From an uncultured Spirochaetia bacterium (GTDB lineage Bacteria; Desulfobacterota_D; UBA1144; Nemesobacterales; Nemesobacteraceae), in the NCBI GenBank assembly GCA_964429945.1, contig CAYSDX010000002.1:10154-74153 (forward strand): a stretch of DNA of 64,000 bases. Direction: 5' to 3'. Shown piece after piece: positions 9,515 through 18,239 of this stretch (position 1 is the first letter of the stretch; each line of letters starts with the position of its first letter). Below the pieces are notes generated by a model that worked only from the letters and a program-made list of their open reading frames with translations, did not search any database and had not been told where the DNA came from. A program made the translations under genes and the position numbers.

Positions 9515-10540
9515 TCAGAGAAGTTTCGGCTGACCCTGGCTCGGGGTGAGTCCGAGGTGCCTGTAGGCAAGCTGGGTAGCTTTTCTTCCCCTGGGAGTTT
9601 TCTCCACAAGCCCCTCTCTTATAAGGAAGGGTTCGTAGACGTTTTCTATTGTGTCTTTATCTTCGCTTACCGCGGCCGAGATGGTGTCTATTCCTACCGG
9701 ACCGCCTCCGAATTTTTCGATTATGGCGGTGAGTATCGATCTGTCGAGGTTGTCAAGGCCCATTGAGTCGATCTCAAGCATCGAAAGCGCGTCCCGAACC
9801 ACGGGTTCGGTTATCCGCCCGTCCGATTTCATCTGGGAGTAATCCCTGACCCTCTTAAGAAACCTGTTGGCTATCCTGGGGGTGCCTCTTGCTCTTGAGG
9901 TCATCTCGCGGGCGCCTTCGTCCGTTATCTCGACTCCCAGAATCCCGGAGGACCTCTTCACTATGCTTGAAAGTTCTTCGCTGCTGTAGTAATCGAGCCT
10001 TAGTTCGACCCCGAAGCGGGAGCGAAACGGGGAGGTGAGAAGTCCCGTCCTGGTGGTCGCTCCTATGAGCGTAAACCTGTTCAGGTTTATTTTCACGGAT
10101 CTTGCCGTCGGACCTTCTCCTATCATGAGGTCGATTGTGAAATCCTCCATTGCTGAATAGAGATATTCCTCGACGACCCTGTTTATCCTGTGTATCTCGT
10201 CAACGAAAAGCACGTTTTTTTCGCTGAGATTGGTGAGCATGGATGCGAGATCTCCTGTTCTTTCGAGGACCGGACCCGAGGTAAGATGAAGACCTACGCC
10301 CAGTTCGTTTGCGAATATGTGCGCAAGGGTGGTCTTTCCAAGTCCGGGGGGACCGGAGAGAAGCACGTGGTCAAGGGCCTCTCCTCTTGCTTTTGCGGCG
10401 CCGATGAATATGTCGACCTGTTCCTTTACGCTCGGCTGTCCGATAAAGTCCCGAAGAAAAGCGGGACGGAGACTCATATCCGTGAGTTCATCTGTTTCCG
10501 TGTATTCTGGAGAAACGGTTCTTTCTGTATCCTGTGACAT
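9515..10540 (-). CDS. ruvB: Holliday junction branch migration helicase RuvB
   Basis: Walker A ([11 protein letters not shown]), Walker B (LFVDEIHR), and [13 protein letters not shown] motifs. Confidence 0.95.
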   Translation of the reverse strand: MSQDTERTVSPEYTETDELTDMSLRPAFLRDFIGQPSVKEQVDIFIGAAKARGEALDHVLLSGPPGLGKTTLAHIFANELGVGLHLTSGPVLERTGDLASMLTNLSEKNVLFVDEIHRINRVVEEYLYSAMEDFTIDLMIGEGPTARSVKINLNRFTLIGATTRTGLLTSPFRSRFGVELRLDYYSSEELSSIVKRSSGILGVEITDEGAREMTSRARGTPRIANRFLKRVRDYSQMKSDGRITEPVVRDALSMLEIDSMGLDNLDRSILTAIIEKFGGGPVGIDTISAAVSEDKDTIENVYEPFLIREGLVEKTPRGRKATQLAYRHLGLTPSQGQPKLL

Positions 10541-11125
10541 CTATTTTCTGATTACCTTAAGAGAATCCCGGAGCGCGTCCTCGATGGAACCTGAGACCTC
10601 GATAATTTTTTTGATCTCGGTGGTTTTTTTCTCCACTTCGGCCCTCGTATAACCCAGGTTGAGCAGTGCGGAGAATGTGTCGTTAAGCATGGTGTTTGAC
10701 TCTGAGGATTCTTCGTCCGTGGCAAGATCATCAAGCTTGTCCTTGAGTTCGTTTACTATCTTTGTTGCGGTTCTCGTGCCGATTCCGCGGATTTTTCTCT
10801 GCGCCAAATTCCCGTTTACTATGGATCTTACGAGCTCGGAAACGGAAACATTGGAAAGCACGTTTGTCGCCGCTTTCGGTCCTATCCCGGAAACGCTAAT
10901 GAGTCTTTCGAAGAGTTTTCTCTCCGCATCGGTGAGAAAACCGAACAGCTCTATACTGTTTTCCCTGTGGCTCGTGTGTATTTTCAGTTCAACTTCCTCC
11001 CCGACGGCCCCAAGGTCGTAGTAAGTCGAAAGTGGAACGGTAACGCCATAGCCGACCCCGTTTACATCGACGACGACGGTTCCGATTTCCTTACAAGCGA
11101 TTACGCCTCTAAGTAGATAGATCAT
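10541..11125 (-). CDS. ruvA: Holliday junction DNA-binding protein RuvA
   Basis: 194 aa with MIYLLRGVI...VDVNGVGYGV and the HhH region SVSGIGPKAA. It abuts ruvB. Confidence 0.9.
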   Translation of the reverse strand: MIYLLRGVIACKEIGTVVVDVNGVGYGVTVPLSTYYDLGAVGEEVELKIHTSHRENSIELFGFLTDAERKLFERLISVSGIGPKAATNVLSNVSVSELVRSIVNGNLAQRKIRGIGTRTATKIVNELKDKLDDLATDEESSESNTMLNDTFSALLNLGYTRAEVEKKTTEIKKIIEVSGSIEDALRDSLKVIRK

Positions 11126-11675
11126 TTACCGTGTATCTCTTTTTCCTGCGCCGGTTGCCCGCGCTGCCGAATGAGCCGTCCGGAAGTCCGTATTTTGAGA
11201 GGTTTAAGTGGCAGATCGCGATCGCAAGCGCGTCGGACTCATCAGTGCTTTGGAATTCATTGACTCCGAGCATGTAAGAAAGCATTTTCTGTATCTCTTC
11301 CTTTCCCGCCCTGCCTCTGCCGGTCAGGGCAAGCTTTACCCTGGTGGGTGCGTACTCGCTTACCGGTATTCCTCTTTGCGCCGCTGCCAGGATTGCTATT
11401 CCTCTTGACTGGCCAAGTTTTATGGCGCTTCTGGCGTTTTTGGCGAAAAACATCTCCTCGACTGATACGACCGAGGGACCGTAATCGTCAATCACCCTCA
11501 GGACCCCGACATAGATGTCATTCAATCTTTCGGAAGTGGAACTTCCAGATGCGGGGGAAATCGTTCCGCTGGTCACGTAGCTCAGCCGGTTTCCCGCGCC
11601 GTCCACGATTCCGTAGCCGCAGGACCTTGATCCCGGGTCGATTCCCATGACCCTGGTGTCGGAATTTTTATCCAA
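11109..11675 (-). CDS. ruvC: Crossover junction endodeoxyribonuclease RuvC
   Basis: Contains [36 protein letters not shown] and [12 protein letters not shown]. Confidence 0.9.
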   Translation of the reverse strand: MDKNSDTRVMGIDPGSRSCGYGIVDGAGNRLSYVTSGTISPASGSSTSERLNDIYVGVLRVIDDYGPSVVSVEEMFFAKNARSAIKLGQSRGIAILAAAQRGIPVSEYAPTRVKLALTGRGRAGKEEIQKMLSYMLGVNEFQSTDESDALAIAICHLNLSKYGLPDGSFGSAGNRRRKKRYTVNDLST

Positions 11676-12414
11676 TTGCCTCGAGTAACTGCTCGTCTAT
11701 GTCGAAGTTGGCGTATACGTTCTGAACGTCGTCGCTGTCTTCAAGCGCTTCCATCAGCCTTATCATGTGCTCGGCCTCGCGTCCTTCGATTCTCACGCTT
11801 GCCTGCGGTATCATGGTGACCTCGGCTGACTCGTACTGAATTCCGGCATCGGCGACAGCTTTTTTTACGGCTTCATAGCTGTCCGTCGGGGTTATCACCA
11901 CGATTTCGCTGTCCTCTGTGCGCACATCGTCCGCCCCCGCGTCTATTACCAGGTCGAAAAGCGCATCCTCATCGACCGAATCTCCCGCGAACGCGATTCT
12001 GCCCTTAAGATCGAACATCCACGCCACGCAGCCGTTCTCCCCGAGCCCTCCGCCGTGTTTCGTGAATATTCTTCTTATATCGGAGACAGTCCTGTTTCTG
12101 TTGTCGGTAAGGGTTTTTACGTATACGGCGCTTCCGCCGGGTCCGTACCCCTCGTAAAATATCTCGTTGTAGACTACTCCCTCGATGTCTCCGGTGCCTC
12201 GTTTTATAGCCCTTTCGATCGTGTCGTTAGGCATGTTGGCGCCCTTGGCGGTCGCTACGGCGGTGCGAAGACGGGGATTAGCTTCCGGATCGCCTCCCCC
12301 TTCCTTGGCGGCAACCGTAAGCTCCCTGATAAGCTTGGTGAATATCTTGCCCCGCTTGGCGTCAACCGCGGCTTTTCTGTGTTTTATGTTTGCCCATTTG
12401 GAATGGCCCGCCAT
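11668..12414 (-). CDS. yebC: YebC/PmpR family DNA-binding transcriptional regulator
   Basis: [28 protein letters not shown] is a diagnostic N-terminus. The yebC-ruvCAB arrangement is classic. Confidence 0.9.
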   Translation of the reverse strand: MAGHSKWANIKHRKAAVDAKRGKIFTKLIRELTVAAKEGGGDPEANPRLRTAVATAKGANMPNDTIERAIKRGTGDIEGVVYNEIFYEGYGPGGSAVYVKTLTDNRNRTVSDIRRIFTKHGGGLGENGCVAWMFDLKGRIAFAGDSVDEDALFDLVIDAGADDVRTEDSEIVVITPTDSYEAVKKAVADAGIQYESAEVTMIPQASVRIEGREAEHMIRLMEALEDSDDVQNVYANFDIDEQLLEAIG

Positions 12415-12711
12415 ATCAGCTCACCCCCTTGTTTCTCGGTTCGTTCGTATTTTTTCCTAAAGTATAACCGAAAATCCCCCCAAATTGCCACAACGGCCCG
12501 CAAGCCGTCGCGACTGACTGGGGGAGGTCGCAGGGCCCCGAACCCCTTGACATTTATTTTCATTCGTGTATTCACTAACAACAGTTGTAATCGCAGAGTC
12601 CAAAGCGTTGAACACGCTTGTCAGGGGGGAATGAGGTTTTCTATGTTGTAAGGGGTGTGGATTTTCTGCGGAGCAAAAATCCTTTTCTTCTGACAAGTTC
12701 GGTTTTAGATA

Positions 12712-12740
12712 TTGACAAGTTCGTTACGCGGCAATATTAT
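12712..12740 (+). promoter_or_regulatory. Sigma70-type promoter for rho (TTGACA-17 nt-TATTAT)
   Basis: TTGACA at 12712-12717, a 17-nt spacer, then TATTAT at 12735-12740. This leaves a leader of about 135 nt before the rho ATG at 12882. Confidence 0.5.
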
Positions 12741-12881
12741 TATCTGCATCGGTTGTACCGATTTTTCATTTTGAACTCTTAAACGCGCACGATTGTCGCA
12801 TTCCTGACACTTCAAAAAGATTTCAATTGCTTTTTTGAACCAAAAAATTTAACAACACCTTAGCTCAAGGAGTTTCACCTT

Positions 12882-14207
12882 ATGGCAAAAGTCTCTAAAG
12901 CGGAAGCTGCCGACTCCGTCCAGAAAAAAGAGGAGCAGGAAAACGGAAACGGCAAACTGCTTTACCTGAACGATCTAAGGGCGAAAAAGCCCTCAGACCT
13001 GATGAAGCTTAGCAGACAGGCCGGTATTGAAGATACCGCCAGAATGGCAAAGCAGGACCTGATCTATTCCCTGCTCAAGGCCCAGAGTGAAAAACACGGT
13101 TCCATCATAGCCGAGGGAGTGCTTGAGATCCTGACCGAAGGTTACGGTTTTCTAAGGTCTCCCAAGTACAGCTATCTGCCGAGCCCGGACGACATATACG
13201 TTTCGAAATCCCAGATAAGATCCTTCAGCCTCAAGACCGGGGACACCATAAGAGGTCTTGTGAGGCTTCCAAGAGAGGGGGAAAAGAACCTGGCCCTTCT
13301 AAAAATAGAAGAGGCAAACTACGACTCCCCAGAGATATGCAGACAGAGAACGCCTTTTGAGAGCCTTATTCCCCTTCATCCGGAAGAAAAAATAGATCTA
13401 GAGCACGACAAAAACGAGTTCTGCTCGAGGGTGATGAATCTTTTCGTGCCTGTGGGAAAGGGGCAGAGAGCCGTGATAGTGGCTCCTCCGCGAACCGGTA
13501 AAACCATAATCATCCAGAGAATAGCCAATGCGATAACGGACAATCACCCCGAAATCGAGCTTTTCGTTCTGCTGATAGACGAGCGCCCCGAGGAAGTTAC
13601 CGACATGCAGAGATCGGTCAATGGGGAGGTCGTCAGTTCGACTTTCGACGAACCGGCGCAAAGGCACATACAGGTTGCCGACATGGTGATCGAGAAGGCG
13701 AAAAGGTACGTTGAGCACGGAAAGGACGTCGTTATCCTGCTCGACAGCCTCACAAGGCTTGCAAGGGCAAGCAACACCGTGACTCCCGCAAGCGGAAAGG
13801 TGCTATCGGGAGGAATCGAGGCAAACGCTCTTCAGAGACCCAAGAGGTTCTTCGGGGCGGCGAGAAACACCGAGGAGGGAGGCAGTCTTACCATAATAGC
13901 TACCGCCCTTATAGATACCGGAAGCCGCATGGATGAGGTCATCTTCGAGGAGTTCAAGGGAACGGGTAACATGGAAGTGTACCTTGACCGCCGTCTTGCG
14001 GAGAGAAGGGTTTTTCCGGCTATAGATCTTCAGAGATCGGGAACCAGGAAGGAAGAGCTGCTTATCCCCGAATCCGAGCTTAACCGCATATGGCTTCTTC
14101 GGAAAATCCTCAATCCGATGAATACTACCGAGTCAATGGAATTTCTGCTCGACAAGCTTCGGGGAACGAAGAGCAACGCGGAATTTCTGAACATGATGCA
14201 CCAGTAG
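12882..14207 (+). CDS. rho: Transcription termination factor Rho
   Basis: 441 aa with [14 protein letters not shown] (RNA-binding domain), Walker A ([11 protein letters not shown]), [11 protein letters not shown] and [13 protein letters not shown]. Confidence 0.95.
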   Translation: MAKVSKAEAADSVQKKEEQENGNGKLLYLNDLRAKKPSDLMKLSRQAGIEDTARMAKQDLIYSLLKAQSEKHGSIIAEGVLEILTEGYGFLRSPKYSYLPSPDDIYVSKSQIRSFSLKTGDTIRGLVRLPREGEKNLALLKIEEANYDSPEICRQRTPFESLIPLHPEEKIDLEHDKNEFCSRVMNLFVPVGKGQRAVIVAPPRTGKTIIIQRIANAITDNHPEIELFVLLIDERPEEVTDMQRSVNGEVVSSTFDEPAQRHIQVADMVIEKAKRYVEHGKDVVILLDSLTRLARASNTVTPASGKVLSGGIEANALQRPKRFFGAARNTEEGGSLTIIATALIDTGSRMDEVIFEEFKGTGNMEVYLDRRLAERRVFPAIDLQRSGTRKEELLIPESELNRIWLLRKILNPMNTTESMEFLLDKLRGTKSNAEFLNMMHQ

Positions 14208-14254
14208 TTGTATATGGAGGGCGATTTCCGGTCGAACCCGCCCTTGTCCGTTCC

Positions 14255-14734
14255 TTATCCCTGCCTACGGCTTCCCTTAGCGCGTTTCCCTCTGGCACTG
14301 CGCACTCTCGGATCAACGATCTTACCTCTGGTGACGGTTAAGCCATGTGCCGATAAATGTTGCTTAGCAAGACGGAACAGTTCTTCGGACATTTTGTGTT
14401 TTACCAGAAAGTGCCGAAACTTGCAGAGAGTGGTCTCATCCGGAATTCTCTGCATGGACACGCCGGCAAAACGGCGCATGGACTCAATGTCGTAAAGACT
14501 TTCTTCCATCGCCGGATCCGACAACCCGTACCACTGCTGCATCAGGTAAATGCGCAGCATGACCTTGGCCGGTATAGGTCGGCGTCCCTTGCCGGACTTC
14601 GGATATTTCTTCAGTATCGGTTCAAGCAGCAGTTCCCACGGCAGCATCTCATCCATCTTTTCAAGGAATCGCTGCTTGCGGGTCACTTTCTTTTTGTTTC
14701 TGTAGGCTAGGTCGGAAAAACTGGGCTTTTTCAC
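14255..14734 (-). pseudogene. IS5-family (InsH-like) transposase, N-terminal fragment only; DDE domain deleted
   Basis: Collinear with E. coli IS5 InsH from the N-terminus (RKQRFLEKMDEMLPW, GRRPIPAKVMLRIYLMQQWYGLSD, ESMRRFAG) up to ...TRGKIVD. Homology stops near nt 14312, and 18 unrelated Arg-rich codons follow before the stop. Confidence 0.7.
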
Positions 14735-14976
14735 TATGATTACCTGATTATTACTTCTTTATAATACTATATCACAACGACTTAATTGAAGTCTCTTGAA
14801 GCAAAACACCCGGTAATGGTTCCACTGGAACTCAAAGCCGCTGCTGGGCATCATATTTTGCGGATGTTCTGTCACCGAGATAAGAGTCACTATATGGACT
14901 TCTTGTAAGGCCGGTTTAAGGATTGAGTTAGACCCTTAAATCATAGATACTTAAGCCTTAGGTTGGGTGACGGAAT

Positions 14977-15708
14977 ATGAACAAACCTGAAGACAGACCG
15001 CTTGACTTAAGCGAAAAGGGAAGAGGCGATGGCGGGGGAACCGCGTCTCTTGACAAAAGGCTTTTCATGCAGTTTCTCAGTTTCGGAGGTCTTGATTCCG
15101 CCCTTGAATCCCGTTTGGCGCGCGATCTGGAGAACTTTTCGGCAACGGCTGTTCTTTATTCGGACATAAACGATTACGGAGGCGCGGGTTTTTTGACCGT
15201 AAGCGAGAACCCCGATTTTTTCGTTACGGAACTCAGACGGTTTCTCTCAGACTCCTCCTTTGCCGTACTCAAACCTAAGCCGGAGTACACGATGCTCGGG
15301 AGAACCTATTCGCTCGGTTATGAAAAAGATCTAGAGAAAACCCTGATTTCGGGTCCTATGCGGAAAATTCTTGACCCGGAACTCGAGTGGGCCATCTGGT
15401 ATCCGCTTAGAAGGGCGAAGGCTTTTGAGACTCTCGCGCCTGAAGAACAGAGGGCCGTTCTGGCGGAACACGGCAAGATAGGGTTTCAGTTCGGGGACGC
15501 TGGATACGCAAAGGACATACGTCTTGCTAGCCACGGTCTTGACAAAAACGACAATGATTTCGTGATAGGGATTTTGGGCAAGGACCTACACCCGCTCTCC
15601 GCGCTGGTGGAGAGGATGAGAAAGACGAAGCAGACTTCAAGGTATCTTGAGAGCCTGGGACCGTTTTTTGTCGGTAAAAAACTGTTTTCAACCGGACAGT
15701 CCATATGA
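14977..15708 (+). CDS. Chlorite dismutase family (Cld/HemQ-like) protein
   Basis: 243 aa. The C-terminal block HGLDKNDNDFVIGILGKDLHPLSALVERMRKTKQTSRYLESLGPFFVGK matches the Cld/HemQ family pattern as I remember it. Confidence 0.6.
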   Translation: MNKPEDRPLDLSEKGRGDGGGTASLDKRLFMQFLSFGGLDSALESRLARDLENFSATAVLYSDINDYGGAGFLTVSENPDFFVTELRRFLSDSSFAVLKPKPEYTMLGRTYSLGYEKDLEKTLISGPMRKILDPELEWAIWYPLRRAKAFETLAPEEQRAVLAEHGKIGFQFGDAGYAKDIRLASHGLDKNDNDFVIGILGKDLHPLSALVERMRKTKQTSRYLESLGPFFVGKKLFSTGQSI

Positions 15709-17123
15709 AAGAGATAACTGAGCTTTTCTCGGGACTTGGAGCCCATTTTGATCCCGCGGTTATTATCCCGGTCTCTGTAGCCGTCGCTGCATTCGTGGCG
15801 GGTTATTTTCTCCTCAGGAAAAAAGAACCTCCGCCGGAAACCGTCGCGGAAACGCAGCAGGAGCAGCCAGGACCCGTTTCGGCCGAACCTGAGGAGGCGG
15901 AGCAGCCTGCAGAACCCCCGGCCCCGGAAGTTCCACCCGCAGAAGCTGCAGATCCTGCACCCGAACAGCAATTCGCCGCGCCCGAACCTGTAGTGGCGGA
16001 AGAGAAAGAGACTGTCCCGCCGTCCCCGGATCCAGTATCCGAAGTTGAGCCGGTTGAAGTTCCCCGAGAACCTGCTCCCGCCGAAGAGCTGGAAAAAGAT
16101 CCCGAACCGGTGGAACCCGAGCCTGAGGAAGATGCGGTAGCACAAGAGGCGGAGCAGGAGATTTCCGCGCCGCAGGAAGAAGAGGATACGGAGAAGGATT
16201 TCTTCTCTAGGTTGAGCCTTGGACTTTCCAAGACCCGCAGGGGGATTCTGCAGAATCTTGAGCATGTTTTCTCATCGGGGCGGATTGATGATGCAGCTTG
16301 GGATGAATTCGAAGAGATACTCATAATGTCGGACATGGGAGTTTCAACAACCGCGAAGCTGAGAGAGAAGGTCTCATCGGCTGCCGGGGTGGGGGAAAGC
16401 GGGGACATGGAGAAAATAAAAACCCTTTTGGAAGGGGGGATTCTCGATATCCTGAGAGGGGTCGAGAGTCCGGTGATCGAGCTTTCCGCCAAACCGACGG
16501 TTTTCATGGTTGCCGGAGTTAACGGCGTGGGGAAGACTACCTCCATAGGGAAAATCGCCAGCAGGTTCGCTCAGGACGGAAAAAGGGTAATGATTGCTGC
16601 TGCCGACACCTTCAGGGCGGCCGCCGTCGAACAGCTCGGCGTCTGGGCCGAGAGAGTCGGAAGCGATTTTCTCCGCGGCCAGACCGGAGCCGACCCTTCC
16701 GCCGTGGCTTACGACGCGGTAAAGGCATCGGTTTCAAGAGGTATCGACCTGCTCATAATAGACACCGCCGGGCGTGTCCACACGAAAACGGGACTTATGG
16801 AGGAACTCAGGAAGCTTAGAAGAGTGATAGCGCGGGAGCTTGAAGGGGCCCCTCATGAGGTTCTCCTAGTCGTCGACGCGACCACGGGGCAGAACGCCGT
16901 AGAGCAGGCGAGGGTCTTTGGCGAGGCGATAGAAGTAACCGGTATAGTGCTTACGAAACTCGACGGAACTGCTAAGGGAGGAATAATAGTGGCGATAGCT
17001 GACCAGCTCGGTCTTCCGGTCAAGTATATCGGGGTCGGAGAAGGTCTCGAGGATCTGCGCGAATTTGACGCCGAACAGTTCACAAAAGCGCTTTTCACAT
17101 CTGACAAGGAGGCTTTGCACTAG
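15705..17123 (+). CDS. ftsY: Signal recognition particle receptor FtsY
   Basis: N-terminal TM segment, an acidic Pro/Glu-rich A domain, then an NG domain with GVNGVGKTTSIGK, DTAGR and TKLDGTAKGG. Confidence 0.9.
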   Translation: MKEITELFSGLGAHFDPAVIIPVSVAVAAFVAGYFLLRKKEPPPETVAETQQEQPGPVSAEPEEAEQPAEPPAPEVPPAEAADPAPEQQFAAPEPVVAEEKETVPPSPDPVSEVEPVEVPREPAPAEELEKDPEPVEPEPEEDAVAQEAEQEISAPQEEEDTEKDFFSRLSLGLSKTRRGILQNLEHVFSSGRIDDAAWDEFEEILIMSDMGVSTTAKLREKVSSAAGVGESGDMEKIKTLLEGGILDILRGVESPVIELSAKPTVFMVAGVNGVGKTTSIGKIASRFAQDGKRVMIAAADTFRAAAVEQLGVWAERVGSDFLRGQTGADPSAVAYDAVKASVSRGIDLLIIDTAGRVHTKTGLMEELRKLRRVIARELEGAPHEVLLVVDATTGQNAVEQARVFGEAIEVTGIVLTKLDGTAKGGIIVAIADQLGLPVKYIGVGEGLEDLREFDAEQFTKALFTSDKEALH

Positions 17124-17132
17124 TTTTTTTTC

Positions 17133-18239
17133 ATGCCCGCTCGAAATGACACGGACTTTATGAAAAAAGCTCTGAGGCTTGCCCTCAGAGGGGAAGGGTG
17201 CACCAGCCCCAACCCCATGGTCGGCGCTGTCTGCGTGCTTGGGGGACGTATTGTAGGCCGTGGCTACCATAAAAAATCCGGTTCTCCTCACGCGGAAATC
17301 GAAGCTTTTGGGGATGCTGCGAAAAAAGGAATTTCTCTCGCGGGCGCAACGCTTTACGTGACGCTTGAGCCCTGCTGCCACACTGAGAAGCTTACTCCTC
17401 CGTGTACTGACGCTATAGTGGCCTCGGGCGTATCCAATGTTGTCGTGGGCACCATTGACCCGAATCCGAAAGTGAGCGGAAAGGGGGTGGCGAAGCTTCG
17501 CAGAAGCGGGATATCTGTGAGAACCGGGGTGCTTGAGAGGGAGTGCGCGGAAATAAACGAGTTTTTCAACAAGCACGTCGTCTCGGGACTTCCTTTCGTA
17601 ATCTTAAAATCCGCTTCGACTATTGACGGCAAAATAGCTTCAGGGACGGGTGATTCCAAGTGGATAGGGAGCGTGAGGCAGAGAAAGATGGCCCATGGGC
17701 TGAGAAAGAAAGTGGATGGCGTGATAGTCGGGATAAACACGGTGCGCGCAGATGATCCGGGGCTTGACGTTCGTCTCGTCGGCGGGAACGTGCGCCAGCC
17801 GGTTCCGGTGATTATGGATTCAAAGCTCCGTATTTCGCCCAAAGCAAAGATCTTCAGCGCCCATCCCCGCTCCGTAATAGCCACTACGGAGGCCGCAAGC
17901 CCGATTAAGGCCAAGAGACTTTCCAAGCTCGGTGCCGAAATCCTGAGATTAGAATCCGATTCTGCGGGCCGCGTGTCCGCTGTGGACCTCCTCCGCGAAC
18001 TCGGGGCCATGGGGATGTGTGGAGTTCTGGTTGAGGGAGGGAGCAGGGTAGGGGCCTGTTTTCTGCGAGAGGGCCTGGTTGACAAGGTGGTTTTCTTCTA
18101 CTCCCCCAGGATTATCGGAGGCGACGGGGTGAATATGATTGGAGATCTTGGGAAGGAATCGATTAAAGAGGCGATTAATGTCAAGAACATCAAGGTCAAA
18201 AGGTTCGGCGATGAAATGATGATAGAGGGTTACATATGA
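17133..18239 (+). CDS. ribD: Bifunctional riboflavin biosynthesis deaminase/reductase RibD
   Basis: CDA zinc motifs (HAEIEA, LEPCCH) followed by the reductase domain (KSASTIDGKIA, VLVEGG). Confidence 0.9.
   Translation: MPARNDTDFMKKALRLALRGEGCTSPNPMVGAVCVLGGRIVGRGYHKKSGSPHAEIEAFGDAAKKGISLAGATLYVTLEPCCHTEKLTPPCTDAIVASGVSNVVVGTIDPNPKVSGKGVAKLRRSGISVRTGVLERECAEINEFFNKHVVSGLPFVILKSASTIDGKIASGTGDSKWIGSVRQRKMAHGLRKKVDGVIVGINTVRADDPGLDVRLVGGNVRQPVPVIMDSKLRISPKAKIFSAHPRSVIATTEAASPIKAKRLSKLGAEILRLESDSAGRVSAVDLLRELGAMGMCGVLVEGGSRVGACFLREGLVDKVVFFYSPRIIGGDGVNMIGDLGKESIKEAINVKNIKVKRFGDEMMIEGYI

Noticed and set aside
9497-9519. A TCTGAT-(11 nt)-ATCAGA hairpin between the convergent hypothetical gene and ruvB. 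Considered as a bidirectional terminator.
   Set aside because: The stem is a 6-bp AT-rich pairing with a large loop, it overlaps the ruvB stop codon, and the flanking U-run is weak.
12055-12651. A 198-aa plus-strand ORF running from inside yebC into the yebC-rho spacer.
   Set aside because: Most of it is antisense to the well-supported yebC gene, and its translation has no recognisable features. Only its 3' end falls in intergenic DNA.
14219-14243. A GGGCG...CGCCC hairpin containing GGTTCGA on the minus strand, just after rho. Considered as a tRNA 3' fragment (an IS or integrase target) or as the rho terminator.
   Set aside because: The T-arm and acceptor pairing of a tRNA cannot be built around it. 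The 5-bp stem with a 15-nt loop and no U-run is too weak to call a terminator.
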